DNA from: Squalus acanthias | Lineage: Eukaryota | Assembly: GCA_030390025.1 (NCBI GenBank) | Contig: CM059431.1 | Span: 156,366,001 to 156,430,000 of the forward strand | Reading direction: 5' to 3' | Length of the DNA: 64,000 nt | Part shown: in pieces, positions 36,351 through 48,472 of the stretch | How positions within the stretch are numbered: position 1 is the stretch's first letter | Layout: each line of letters begins with the position of its first letter | The notes under the pieces: model-generated | Database searches by the model: none | What the model saw: the letters and a program-made list of their open reading frames with translations, nothing else | Told to the model about the DNA's origin: nothing | Translations under genes and position numbers: made by a program

Positions 36351-36875
36351 TCCAAGGCGGCCTTATGAAAACACGACAACGCAAAATCATCGAGCAGAAA
36401 CTGATAGCCAAGTTCCGCACTCATGAAGACGGTCTCAATCGGGATCTTGGGTTTATGTCACGATACATGACGTGATCCGGACTCGAGTCGTCGTTGGCTT
36501 GTTCACAGATGTGATTCCCAGTAAAAAAGTAAAAATGTTAAAGTTAATCATTTTACATACAGACGGCAGCTTTTGACACGTTAGACCCCATGCGATTCCA
36601 CCTCATTGTCTCAGTTGTATCTTGCTATGTCTTTGATGTGGTACCTTCCTGGCTGACCTGATTAACTTTATCACACCTCGGCAGATAAACAGTCAGGATG
36701 ATTGAATTCAGTTGTCTGCAATTGTAAGTTACCCATGCATTGTTCTCGATCTATATATGCTTTGACGATTCTGTATCTCCTCACTTCACCTGACGAAGGA
36801 GTTGTAACTCCGAAAGCTTGTGATTTAAAATAAAACTGTTGGACTATAACCTGGTGTTGTGCGACCTCTCAATTT
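36351..36875 (+). mobile_element. Penelope-like element 3' fragment with a 13-bp TSD
   Basis: Encodes ...TRQRKIIEQKLIAKFRTHEDGLNRDLGFMSRY, typical of a GIY-YIG C-terminus. TSD TATCTCATAGAAG at 36338-36350 and 36876-36888. Confidence 0.85.
36786..36823 (+). ncRNA. Minimal type I hammerhead ribozyme
   Basis: UCAC-CUGACGA-A-GGAGU(UGUA)ACUCC-GAA-AGCU-U-GUGA: stem I UCAC/GUGA, full core, 5-bp stem II and palindromic stem III AGCU. Confidence 0.8.
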
Positions 36876-38271
36876 TATCTCATAGAAGGCAGAGGGTGGT
36901 GCTGGATGGAACATTTTCGGACTGGAGACCAGTTACCAGCGGTGTGCCACAGGGTTCGGTGCTGGGTCCTCTGCTGTTTGTGATTTTTATCAATGACTTG
37001 GAGGAGGGGACTAAAGGGTGGATCAGTAAATTTGCTGATGACACCAAGATTGGTGGAGTAGTGGATGAGGTGGAGGGCTGTTGTAGGCTGCAAAGAGACA
37101 TTGATAGGATGCAGAGCTGGGCCGAAAAATGGCAGATGGAATTTAACCCTGCTAAGTGCGAGGTGATTCATTTTGGTAGGGCAAATTTGAATAAGGATTA
37201 CAGGGTCAACGGCAGGGTTCTGAGGAACGTGGAGGAGCAGAGGGATCTGGGGTTCATATCCACAGATCTCTGAAGGTTGCCACTCAAGTGGATAGAGCAG
37301 TAAAGAAGGCCTATGGTGTGTTGGCGTTTATTAACAGAGGGTTTGAGTTTAAGAACCGTGAGGTTATGCTGCAACTGTACAGGACCTTGGTGAGACCACA
37401 TTTGGAATATTGTGTGCAGTTCTGGTCACCTCACTATAGGAAGGACGTGGCAGCATTGGAAAGAGTGCAAAGGAGATTTACCAGGATGCTGCCTGGTTTG
37501 GGGGGGAGGTCTTATGAGGAAAGATTGAGGGAGTTGAGGCTTTTCTCTTTAGAGCGGAAAAGGATGAGAGGCGACTTAATAGAGGTTTATAAGATGATGA
37601 GGGGGATAGATAGAGTGGATGTTCAGAGACTATTTCCTCGGGTAGAGGCAGCTGTTACAAGGGGGCATAACTATAAGGTGCATGGGGGGAGATATAGAAG
37701 GGATGTCCGAGGTAGATTCTTTACTCAGAGAGTGGTTGGGGTGTGGAATGGACTGCCTGCTGTGATAGTGGAGTCGGACACTTTAGGAACTTTCAAGCGG
37801 TTATTCGATAAGCACATGGAGCACACCAGAGTGATAGGGAGTGTGATAGCTTGATCTTGGTCTCGGACAATGCTCGGCACAACATCGAGGGCCGAAGGGC
37901 CTGTACTGTGCTGTAATGTTCTATGTTCTATGTTCGAACACTGATCCTCGTGTACTTTCTGACCGAGCTTCCCTATCGCAGAGAACATTCTCCAGCAATG
38001 GGATAAGTCTCGGCCTTCTCAGCCTGTCGCAGGCCAGTTCTGAAGCTTTGCGACCTGCTTCTGTTGCATAGTAACCTATTACTTTAGCACCAGAAGCAGT
38101 TTTGATAGGCTAATGTCCGCTACTTTGTAGTTTGTGACTTTGAACGGGGCAGACCAAAATTACATCGAACTGCAGCAGAGAAATAGGCCATTCATCCAAA
38201 GTTGGCGGTAGGTTCAGTGATCTGTGCTGAGACAGCCTCATCATTCATCTACTCTGACTAGACGAGGCTGC

Positions 38272-40720
38272 ATGACAGAATCATAGTAAGTCACTGTACA
38301 GAAAGCATCTATTCTGATTATCGTCCCTGTGCCGGTTCTTTGGAAGAGCTATTTATTTTTTACCACTGCTCCGCTCGTTCCCCATAGCCCTGTAAATGTT
38401 TTCCCTTCAAATATTTATCAAATTCTCTTTTTAATTTACTACTGAATCGGCTTCCACCACCCTGTCAGAAGTTGCACTCCAGATCACAACAACGAGCTGT
38501 GTAAAAAGCATTTTTCTCGTGACACATCTGCTTCTTTTGCCACATACTTTAAATTTCTGACTTTTGCTTACTTCTGACTTCGGTTACTGGAGAGAGTTTC
38601 TCCTTATTTAGTCATCAAATTCATTCATGATCTTGATCGCCACTTAACCTTCTTTGCTCTGAGGAGAACAACTCCAGCTCCTCCAGTCTCTCCACATAAA
38701 TGAAGACTCTCATTCCGGGTAGAATTCCAGCAAATCATTTCTGCACTATCTCCAAGGGTTTGACATCCTTTGTAACGTGTGCTGCTCAGAATTGAACAAA
38801 ATACCCCAGCTGAGCCTAAACAGTCTTATATAACGGTTTAGCATAACTTCCTTGCTTTTGTAATCTATTCCTCCTGTAATAAAGAAAAGGATCCAATATT
38901 TTTTTCACAGCCTTCTCAACTTTTCCTGCCACATTCAAAGATTTGTGTACATACACCCAAAGGTCTCTCGGTTCCTGCGCTTTCTATAACATTTTACCTT
39001 TTAATTTATATTGCCTCTCCTCATTCTTCGTACTAAAATGTAGCTTTTCTGCGTTAAATTTCATCTGCCATGTGTCTGCCCATTTCACCAGTCTGTATAT
39101 GTCCTCCTGAAGTCTGTTACTATTATATTCATCTTTACTAAATCTCAGAGTTACGTACATTTGTAAACTTATAAACAATGCCCTGTATACCCAAGTACTT
39201 CTTCTTAGGTAGTCCCTCGGAAACGAGGATAACTTGCTTCCACGACAAAAATGAGTTCTCAGGTGACTGATGATTCCAATGCGGGACCTACAGTCTCTGT
39301 CATTGGTGGGGCAGATGGTGGTTAAAGGGACGGGTGGGTGGGGTGATTGCGTTCACGTGCACTCCTTGCGCTGCTTGTGCTTGGCTTCCGTTTGCTCCCG
39401 GCGGAGAGAGTCGAGGTGTTCAGCACCTTCCCGGATGCTTCTCCTCCACTTTGTGTGGTGTTGGGCCTGGGATTCCCAGGTGTCAGTGGAGGATGTCGCA
39501 CTTTTTCAAGGAGGCATTGAGGATGTCCTTGAAGCGTATCCTCTGCCCACCTGGGGCTCTCTTGCCGTGTCGCACCTCCGAGTCTCTTATCGGCAAGCGG
39601 ACGATCTGACCCGTTCATCGGAGCTAATCGTACGTGCTCAAAACTTCGATGCTTGGGATCTTAAGTTCCGCTTGCTCCCGGCGGAGAGACTCGAGGTTTT
39701 CGGCGCCATCCCCTATACATCTCCTCCACTTTGTCCTGTCTAGGGCCAGGGATTCCAAGGTGTCAGTGGGGATATTGCACTTTTCAGAGATTGCCCTCGC
39801 AGTACAAAACGAGCGCCTCATGACTCGTCCGCTCAGCCTGGCCGGGAACCAGTGCGCTACGGTCATCATTGCGTACGCCCCAACAGTGGAAGTCGCAGAC
39901 AAGAGCAAAGAGGAATTATATTCCAGCCTCCAACAAGCCCTGTCCCGAATCCCAACGGGCGACAAGCTGATAATCCTGGGCGACTTTAATGCCAGAGTTG
40001 GAAAGGACAAAGACCTCTGGGGAGGTGTGATCGTCAGAAAGGTGGTAGGGAAAACCAACTCCAACGGTACCCTACACCTGACGAAATGCTTCGAACATGG
40101 CCTTGTGATAACCAAACCTTGTTCCGTCACGGAGACAAGTACAAGGCTCCATGGCAGCACGCTCGCTCCAAGCACTGGCATCTGCTGGAATACGTCATCG
40201 TCCGAGTGATGGACAGCAATGACGTCCGCATCATGCAAGTACAGGTCATTAATATATAACAAAAGGAGCAGTGATCGTCATACCGATCTATGGGGAGAAC
40301 AACCGTATGCCTCCCACCAGTCTAAAAAAACAACCGTTCACGTATATTCTCTGCTTTCTGTCCCTGGCCATGATTCTTTCCCTGCTTTCATGTTAATTTA
40401 ATCCCATGGGATTTGATTTTGCTGCCAAGTCTATTAAGTGGTACTTTGCCAAACGTTTTTTAAATGTCTATATACACAACAGCAACCACACTGACCTCAA
40501 CAACCCTCGCCGTTGCTTCATCAAAGAACTCGATAAAATTAATCAACAAGATTTGCTTTGAACAAATCAGTGCTGACTTTCATTAATTAGCCCATGCTTT
40601 TTCGAATTCCAATTGATTTTATCCAGGATTGCTGTCTATAAAAGTTTCCCTACCACAGACGTTAGGCTGACTGGCCTCTATTTGCCGCGTTTAACCCTAT
40701 CCATTTTTTTAAGCAGGGCC
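38272..40720 (-). mobile_element. Old CR1 fragment (RT to 3' end), host of the RTE insertion
   Basis: WADTWQMKFNAEK and decayed RT motifs on both sides of 39199-40235. Confidence 0.75.
39199..40235. mobile_element. Rearranged RTE-clade LINE insertion (3' end on minus, inverted APE segment on plus)
   Basis: Minus strand: GKRAPGGQR.RFKD, KCNIPTDTLESLA.DR.KWR and (AAG)n tail. Plus strand: AYAPT, GDFNARVG, N.NG. TSD CAAGTAC at 39192-39198 and 40236-42. Confidence 0.85.
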
Positions 40721-40721
40721 C

Positions 40722-40997
40722 GAACATAAGACCGTTGGAACATAAGTAATAGGAGCAGGATTAGGCCATTCGGCCTCTCGAGCCTGCTCCGCTCTTCAAT
40801 ATGAACATGCCTGATCTGATTTTGGCCTCAACTCCATGATGCTGTATTTTCCACTTAACCCTTGACTGCCCTGTAGCTCTGATATCTGTCTATCTCCCCC
40901 ATCATTAAATTCACTGACTCAGTCTCCACAGCTCTCTGGGGTATAGAATTCCAAAGATTCACGGCTCTCTGAGAGCCGAAATTCGTCCTTATTTCCT
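40722..40997 (-). mobile_element. CR1 3' end fragment
   Basis: AGGAGCAGGATTAGGCCATTCGGCC is the reverse complement of the CR1 tail. Confidence 0.8.
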
Positions 40998-41138
40998 TGA
41001 GTCCGGAAGGGTGACCCGGAGCTTTCGTTCGCCTGTCACTTTAATTCTCCACTCTACTCCCACTCAGACCTCGCCGTCCTCGGCCTCTTACGTAAGCTCG
41101 AGGAAAAGCACCTTATCTTTCAACGAGACAATTTACAG

Positions 41139-42516
41139 ACATAGATACATATATACATAGAAGATAGGAGCAGGAGTAGGCCATCCGGCCCTTCGAGCCT
41201 GCTCCGCCATTTAATGAGATCATGGCTGATCCTCCAATTCAGTATCCCGTCCCCGCCTTCTCTCCGTAACCCTTAACCCCTTTTGCCTGTAGAAATATAT
41301 CTAATTCCCTCTTAAATATATTTAATGAGCTGGCGTACACTGCCCTCTGTGGCAATGAGTTCCACAGGTTCACCACCCTCTGAGTGAAGAAATTCCCCCT
41401 CATTTCTGTCCGAAATGGTTTAGCCCTTATCCTTAAATTATGTCCTCTAGTTCTGTTCTCACCCGCCAAGGGAAACATTCCTTCTGCATCTAGTCTGTCT
41501 AGACCTGTTAGAATTTTATACACTTCTATGAGGTCCCCTCTCAATCTTCTAAACTCCAGTGTGTACATCCCTAAACTACATAGTCTCTCCTCATAGGTCA
41601 ATCCCGCCATTCCTGGTATCAGCCTGGTGAATCGCCGCTGCACCCCCTCCATGGCAAGAACATCTTTCCTCAGATGAGGCGACCAAAACTGTACACAGTA
41701 CTCGAGGTGTGGTCTCACCAGTGCCCTGTACAGCTGCAGCAAGGTATCCCTGTTCCTGTATTCCAACCCTTTTGCTATGAAGGCCAGCATACCGTTTGCC
41801 TTCTTGACCGCCTGTTGCACCTGCATGCTCGCCTTCAGTGACTGGTGTACAAGAACACCCAGGTCTCTCTGTACTTCCCCCTCTCCCAATTTATTGCCAT
41901 TTAAATAATAATTTGCCCTCCCGTTCCTGCACCCAAGGTGGATAACTTCGCACTTGTCCACATTATAGTGCATCTGCCATTTATCCGCCCAATCACCCAG
42001 TCTGTCCAAATCGCTCTGGAGCTTCCTGGTCTCCTCCTCTGAGCCCACCCCCCCCCCCCTCCTAGTTTAGTGTCGTCTGCAAATTTGGAAATGCTGCATC
42101 CGACTCCCTGATCCAGGACATTAATGTAAATTGTGAACAGCTGGGGACCCAGGACAGATCCCTGCGGTACCCCACTTGTTACTGCCTGCCATTCAGAAAA
42201 TGAGCCGTTTATTCCAACCAGTTCTCTATCCACATCAATACTTTCCCCTTTATCCCATGAGCTTCAATTTTCCATGCTAATCTTCTTTGTGGGACCTTGT
42301 CGAAGGCCTTTAGGAAGTCCAGGTACACCACATCTACTGGCTCTCCCCCATCTATTTTACCAGTTACTCCCTCAAAAAATTCCAATAGATTAGTCAAGCA
42401 CGATTTACCCTTTGTAAATCCATGTTGACTCTGTCCTATCCTGTCCCCATTTGCTAAGTGCTCCGCTATTTCATCCTTAATGATGGACTCCAGCATTTTG
42501 CCCACAACTGATGTAA
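41139..42516 (-). mobile_element. Young CR1 3' fragment (subfamily B), nearly identical to 58472-59863
   Basis: The 269-aa ORF is identical to the C-terminus of the 916-aa ORF. Has a 22-nt deletion at ~42218 and an expanded C-run at 42048-42059. Candidate TSD ACAT. Confidence 0.95.
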
Positions 42517-42839
42517 CATCTGGACGCAACATCGAGTTCAACAATTTCAGACCATAAACTGTGCCCCTATCGTTTTTTTTTTCCATTTGTTTTTCTCTCT
42601 CTCACGTCGCAGCTGTCTTTCCTTCTGCCATCGCCATTTACACTTCATCTTGAGACATCTTTTGTTTCTTAACTTGTCCCATTAAATCTCCTTTTGTCTT
42701 GCACCATCAACCCTTTTGTCTCTTTATCTCTCCTGCCTTCAATCCTATCACAGACCTTCCCTTTTGTTCTTTCCTCCACTCCCCCACTTTCCCTTCCCCT
42801 ACACTTGCTTAAAAAGCTGTCCCATCTCCAGCTTTTTCC

Positions 42840-42876
42840 AGTTCTGACGAAGGGTCATCGAGCTGAAACGTTAACT
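42840..42876 (+). ncRNA. Minimal type I hammerhead ribozyme (imperfect stem II)
   Basis: AGUU-CUGACGA-A-GGGUC(AUC)GAGCU-GAA-ACGU-U-AACU: stem I AGUU/AACU and palindromic stem III ACGU; one mismatch in stem II. Confidence 0.7.
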
Positions 42877-43644
42877 CGGTTTCTCTCCCCACAGATGCTG
42901 CCTGATCTGCTGAGTATTTAGAGCATTTTCTGTTTTATTTGAAAATCTGCTTCATCGGCCTGTTAACTTTTAAAGGTTGTGATGCAATTTAACATTTTCA
43001 GTTAATCTTTCTTTTACAGTTTGGCGGCGGATTAAATTTATTATGAGACTCGGAAACTTTGAACATTACATTCATTTGCTATCAGTATAAGAATTTAATA
43101 TCAATATTAATGGTTCATGCTACCTCTTGCAACTGCTCCGTTTTTCAATCCCCTTCCTTATTCTCTGTGCTGCCGCTACCAGTCTGTTTACAGCTCCCGC
43201 TGCTACGTGTCTGAAATTCCTGCCTTTTAACTGTCTGCTGCTCCCACCGGTGCTGTGCCTGGTCTTTAATGTTTGCTTTTCTCCCCCACCGGTTCCATTT
43301 CTGTATTTTCCGTGTTTCCATTCCCATCAGCTCTGTGTCTAATTCTGTCCTAACTTCCATTCCCCGATACACTTCCCACACCACAGTGCTCCATCGCTGG
43401 ATGTCCCCCTGCATCTTTAAACGACTCCAGCGCTAAAACCTTCTTCCAGCTCAAACTCTCTCACCTAACCCTTTATTCCTTCCCCACCTGCTGCAATCCT
43501 AATGTAACCATTGCCCTTTCTTTCCTCTTCCTCCATGCCCGATATTCTCACATCGGTTCGTCCTCCAGCTGTATATTTGAATCTCCCCCTTCTTTCCTTT
43601 CGAACAGGCCCATGTCTGATTAGATTTCTTGCTAAAATAAAAAA

Positions 43645-45843
43645 AACATAAGTAATAGTAGCAGGAGTCGGCCATTTGGCCCCTTCAGCCTGCTCCGCCA
43701 TGCAATAAGATCATGGCTGATCTGATCTTGGCCTCAACTCTAATACACTGCCCGCTTCCAATAACCCTGGACTCCCTTATCATTCAAAAGCCTGTCTATC
43801 TCCACCTAAAATATATTTAATGACTCAGCCTCTCTGGGGTAGAGAATTCCACAGATTCGCGACGATCTGAGAGAATAAATTCCTCCTCATCTCCGTTTTA
43901 AATGGGCAACCCGTTATTCTAAAATTATCTCCCATAGTTCTAGATTCCCCACGAGGGGAGACATAATCTCTGCATCTACATTGTCAAGCCGCCTCAGCAT
44001 CTGATATGTTTCAATAAGATCACCTCTCATTCTTCTACACTCCAATAATTATAGGCCCAGACTGCTCAAACTTTCTTCATAAGACAACCCCTTCATCTCA
44101 GGAGTTAACCTAGTGAAACTTCTCTGAACTGCTTCCATAGCAAGTATATCCCTCCTTAAATAAGGAGACCAAAACTGTACTCAGCACTCCAGGTGTGGTC
44201 TCACCAATACCCTGTACAGTTGTAGCAGGGCTTCCATACTTTTATACTCCATCCCCCTTGCAATAAAGGCCAATATTCCATTTGCCTTCCTAATTACTTG
44301 CTGTACCTGCATGGTTACTTTTTGTGTTTCATGTACAAGGGCTCCCAGATCCCACTGTACTGCAGCATTTTGAAATCTCTCTCCATTTAAATAATATTAT
44401 GCTTTTTTATTTTCCCTAACAATGTGGATAACCTCACATTTTCCCACATTATACTCCATCAGCCAAAATGTTACCCAATCACTTAGCCTATCTAAATCCC
44501 TTTGCAGCTTCTTTGTGTCCTTTTCACAACATGCTTTACCACCAATCTTTGCATCATCAGCAACTTTTGCTACATTACACTCGGTCCCTTTATACAAGTC
44601 ATTAATGTAGGTTGTAAATTGTTGAGGCCACATCACTAATCCATGTGAAACTCCACTTGTTACAGTTTGCCAACCGGGAAGTTACCCATTTATCCCGACT
44701 CTTTGTTTCCTGTTAGTCAGCCAGTCTTCTATCTGTGCTAATATATTTCCCCTAACATCCTGAGCTCTTATCTTGTGCAATAACCTTTTATGTGTCACGT
44801 AATCGACTGCCTTCTGGAAATCCAAATAGGCTACATCTACTGGATCCCCTTTATCCACCCTGCTCGTTACATCCTCAAAGAAATCCAGCAAATTTGTCAA
44901 ACTTGATTTCCCTTTCATAAAACCATGTTGACTCTGCTTGACTCTATTATGTTTTTCTAAATGTCCTGCTACTACTTCCTTAATAATGGAATCCAGCATT
45001 TTCGCAATGACAGATGTTAGGCTAACTGGACTATAGTTTATTGCTTTCTGTCTCCCTCCTTTCCAAAATAGGGGCATTAAATTTGCGGTTTTCCAATCTG
45101 CTTTGACCGTTCCAGCCTCCAGAGAATTTTGGTAGATTGCATGCAATGCATCCACTATCTGTGCAGTTAATTCTTTTAAGACCCTAGGATGCAGGCCATC
45201 ATGTCCAGGGAACTTGTCCACCATTAATCACGTTATTTTACCGAGTAATTTTTCTCTAGTAGTAGTCATTTTTTTACGTTCCCCCTTCCCTTTAACCCCT
45301 TGATTATCTATTATTGGGATCCTTTTAGTGTCTTCTACCGTGAACACCGATACAAAATAATTGTTCAGAGTCTCTTCCATTACCCTGTTTCCCATTATTA
45401 ATTCCCCAGTCTCATCTTCTAAGGGTCCAATGTTTACTTTAGCTGCTCTCTGGCTTTTTATATACCTTTAGAAGCTCTTACTGTCTGTTGTTATATTTCC
45501 TTCTAGTTTACTCTCATAATCTATCTTCTCTCTCTATTATTTTTTAGTCATCCTTTGCTGGCTTCTAAAAAAATCGCAATCGTCCTTCCTAGCACTAAAC
45601 TTCACAACATTGGATGCTTTTGTTTTCAATTTATACCATCCTTTTCTTCCATAGTTAGCCACTGATTGTTTCAACCTTCACTTAGAGTCTTTACTTCTCA
45701 CTGGAATATATCTTTGCTGAGAGATATGATATATCTCCTTAAATGTCTGCCACTGCTAATCTACCGTTTTACCCTTTAATCTAATTTCCCATTCAACTTT
45801 AGCCAACACTGCCTCCATATCTTTGTAATTGCCTTTATCTAAG
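43645..45843 (-). mobile_element. Degenerate CR1 ORF2 plus 3' UTR
   Basis: PGHDGLHPRVLKEL, QHGFMKGKS and LDFQKA motifs; reverse-complement tail near 43645-43730. Confidence 0.9.
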
Positions 45844-46399
45844 GGGTAAGTTGGAAGATTTTTTTCGCACACAGTGTTATTGGGACATGAAATGCTTAAG
45901 TAAAACTGACTATTGAGAAAGGCACTATAGGTCAGATTTCCAACTTTGCAGTGGCACCGCGTCAGCTCAGCTTTTGTCTGCCGTCCGACTCCATCATAAC
46001 CCTCACGCTTTTTTCCTGGGTCATGCAGCATTTTCAATGCAGGGTAGGCTCCCGGTGGGCCTCCTGCCATCAAGAGGGAGCTCACTGCTGCAACGGAGGG
46101 AAATTCCTTCATTCCGAATCTAGCTGCATGTCTGATTTTCCGTCCACCACAAACAATATATCAAAGCTTTTCGATATTCTCCAGCGTCACTCTCAGTCTA
46201 CGCACAATCCAAAAGCTCATCCCATGTTATCTTCAAGGAATGTTGTTACCAGTTCGAGAAATGTTACCTGCAATAATGAAGTAGCATTATTGGCTGGCTA
46301 ATGTTTTCGTCAATATTAATTTCTGGTTGGTCACACATCACATTGTTAAAAATCACCTTGTGGTTCTTTGTCTATTTTGTACTTTCACTAGGTTAGGAC

Positions 46400-47430
46400 C
46401 TCATTCTAAAGTGCAGTATTTCCCTCCTTTCTTGATTCCCCGAGCAGTGGAAATGGTTTCTCTCTATCTACCCTATCGAATCTTTTTAATATTTCAAACA
46501 TCTTGATCAGATCGCCCTGTATCTTCTATATTCAAGCGAATACAAATCAACTTTATAAACCTCTCAGAGTACATGTCATTGATCTCCTCCCTCCCACACA
46601 ATTTCTAACCGAAGTCAAAGGTTGCCTCCAATTCAATGTGATCTCATTTTACCAATTATCTTTTGTGTGGAAGTTTGGCGAATGCCTTTCGAAAGTCCAC
46701 ATAGATAACATCCATAGGCACTCATTCTTCTACTTTATAAGTGATCTCCTCAAACTATTAAAGTAGATTAGTCAGACCTTTAACAAAGCCAAGCTGGTTC
46801 TCTCTGATCAGCTCATATTTGCTCAAATGCTCAGTCACTCTATTGTTATTGGCCGATTCTAGTAGCTTCCCATCAACCGACGGTGAACTAGCATGCATTT
46901 AGTTACCTTATTTTTGTATCTCGTTCATTTAAATAGTGGGGTGACGATAGCAATTTCCAGTCTAATGGCACAAATCCAGTAAATTCCTCCCCTTGATTTA
47001 ATTTTAATTTCCCTCTATCACTGATATTTTGTCCTATTCCTCTACTGTGAAAACTGATACAAAGTATTAATTATATAAATCTGCTGTTATCTTGTTAGCT
47101 ATTACCGTATAATCTGTGCCTGTATTTAATGGTCCAAATCTCCCTCAGCCACTCTCTTAATCTTAGTTTATTGATACAAATTTTTACAATTAGCTTTTAT
47201 ATTCCTTGCAAGTTTTTATTCTATTTCCATTTTGCAGCTCTTAATATTTTCTGTGTAACCCTTTGTTGTTTTCTATATTTTTTACCAGTCCTCTGGATTA
47301 CCGGTTTTCTTCGCATTATTGAGAGTCACTTTCTTTAGCTTTATACTGCTTCTCATCTCACATGCTGATCATGGTTGGATGACGGTAAACGTGGAATTTT
47401 CGCTCCTTAGGGATATATTTTGAATGACCA
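46400..47430 (-). mobile_element. Old, internally deleted CR1 fragments
   Basis: GAATGCCTTTCGAAAGTCCACATA is the reverse complement of YVDFRKAF; other decayed ORF2 segments present. Confidence 0.65.
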
Positions 47431-47469
47431 GCTTTGTCCCATCCTGAAAATGAAGCACAGATTGAATCC

Positions 47470-47585
47470 AGCTATTCCCACCCTACCAGCCCTCTCACAA
47501 TGGTTAGCAAAGTGATGGACGGACTCATCAATATCGCCATCAAGCAACATTCACTCATCAATAACCTGCTCAGGGACACACTGTT
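47470..47585 (+). mobile_element. Short RT fragment of another CR1/L2-type family
   Basis: PTSPLTMVSKVMDGLINIAIKQHSLINNLL resembles the YRPISL...K.ME RT region. Confidence 0.55.
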
Positions 47586-48254
47586 CATGGTGATACTTGA
47601 AATCCTCGGATGCCTAATTGTTCACAGATGCAAAAATTAACTACCAGAGCAGAGGTGACCGAAACTTGCCTGGACAACAAGGTGCTATTTGATTCGGTTT
47701 GGCACCAAGGACCCCGAGCATCCTGAGGTCAATGTGGGCCAAAAGGTAAAGCTCCCGTGGCTGGAAACTTTGGATGTAGGTGATCGTTATGCGAACTCTT
47801 TGATGTTGAAAAGACTCGATCATGAACTACTTGTTCATACCCGTGTACTAAATGAGAAATATGTTTAAATACTATTTACAGCAGTATAATTTTAGCGTGC
47901 GAGTTTACATTTTGCAGTTTTGTTCTGTTAAATTGTATTGATTCATGTAAGTTAATTTCTGAAAAAGCAACCTTTCTTACCAAATGCAAAGTAGATATTA
48001 TAGAATTTTAATATGATTGACGAAGTCCATAAATAAACGGCGACGCGTCCATTCTGCTACTTTCATTGAGTACCTCCAGTATAGACTGCCATGCCGTAAT
48101 TACAAGCTCCTTCCTGTAGCTGTAGAGCCTCAGTTTGATGTCTCCCAGCTCCTCTGCCTGTATTACAGAGAAGCCCAATCCACGTCACCGCTTCCCAAAT
48201 TGCAATTTACCTCGATTTCTGACCACAAATAATAATATAAAATCAAAATATTTT

Positions 48255-48472
48255 CAGATGTATATTGTTAAGATAATTAACGAGTGAACCAGAGGGAAGA
48301 TCATGTGAATTTGTCTCACGCAGTGAGTTGTTGTGATCTGGAATGCAGCGCTTTGAAAGGGTGGTGGAAGCAGCTTCAATAGTAACATTGAAAAGGGAAT
48401 TGGATAAATACTTGAAGGGGAAATGTGCAGGGCTGTGAGGAAGGTGTCGGGGAGTAGTGGCTCTTTCAAAGA
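48255..48472 (+). mobile_element. CR1 3' fragment
   Basis: ...ATCTGGAATGC...GTGGTGGAAGCAG...AAAAGGGAATTGGATAAATAC matches the end of ORF2. Confidence 0.7.

Larger units (their letters stand above)
34412..37854 (+). pseudogene. CR1 ORF2 (APE endonuclease plus RT), disrupted by frameshifts and an insertion
   Basis: YFNARS, TETW, GDFN and [24 protein letters not shown] and FADD. Confidence 0.9.
33190..37935 (+). mobile_element. Apparently full-length CR1 LINE (subfamily C, HER1-like tail), interrupted by a Penelope fragment
   Basis: 5' UTR repeats, ORF1, ORF2 and (TTCTATG)n tail; candidate TSD AACAC at 33188-33192 and 37937-37941. Confidence 0.95.
41000..42940 (+). mobile_element. Second Penelope-like family 3' fragment (41000-41138 plus 42517-42940), split by a CR1
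   Basis: Rejoined translation PELSFACHFNSP..SHSDLAVLGLL/RKLEEKHLIF...LQTSGRNIEFNNFRP*, followed by a 3' region with a hammerhead motif. Confidence 0.8.

Noticed and set aside
47670..48157. Kringle (GPWC), Ig V, C-type lectin or caspase p10 assignment for the paralogous block
   Set aside because: Each needs different frames and repairs, and the motifs are not shared by both copies.
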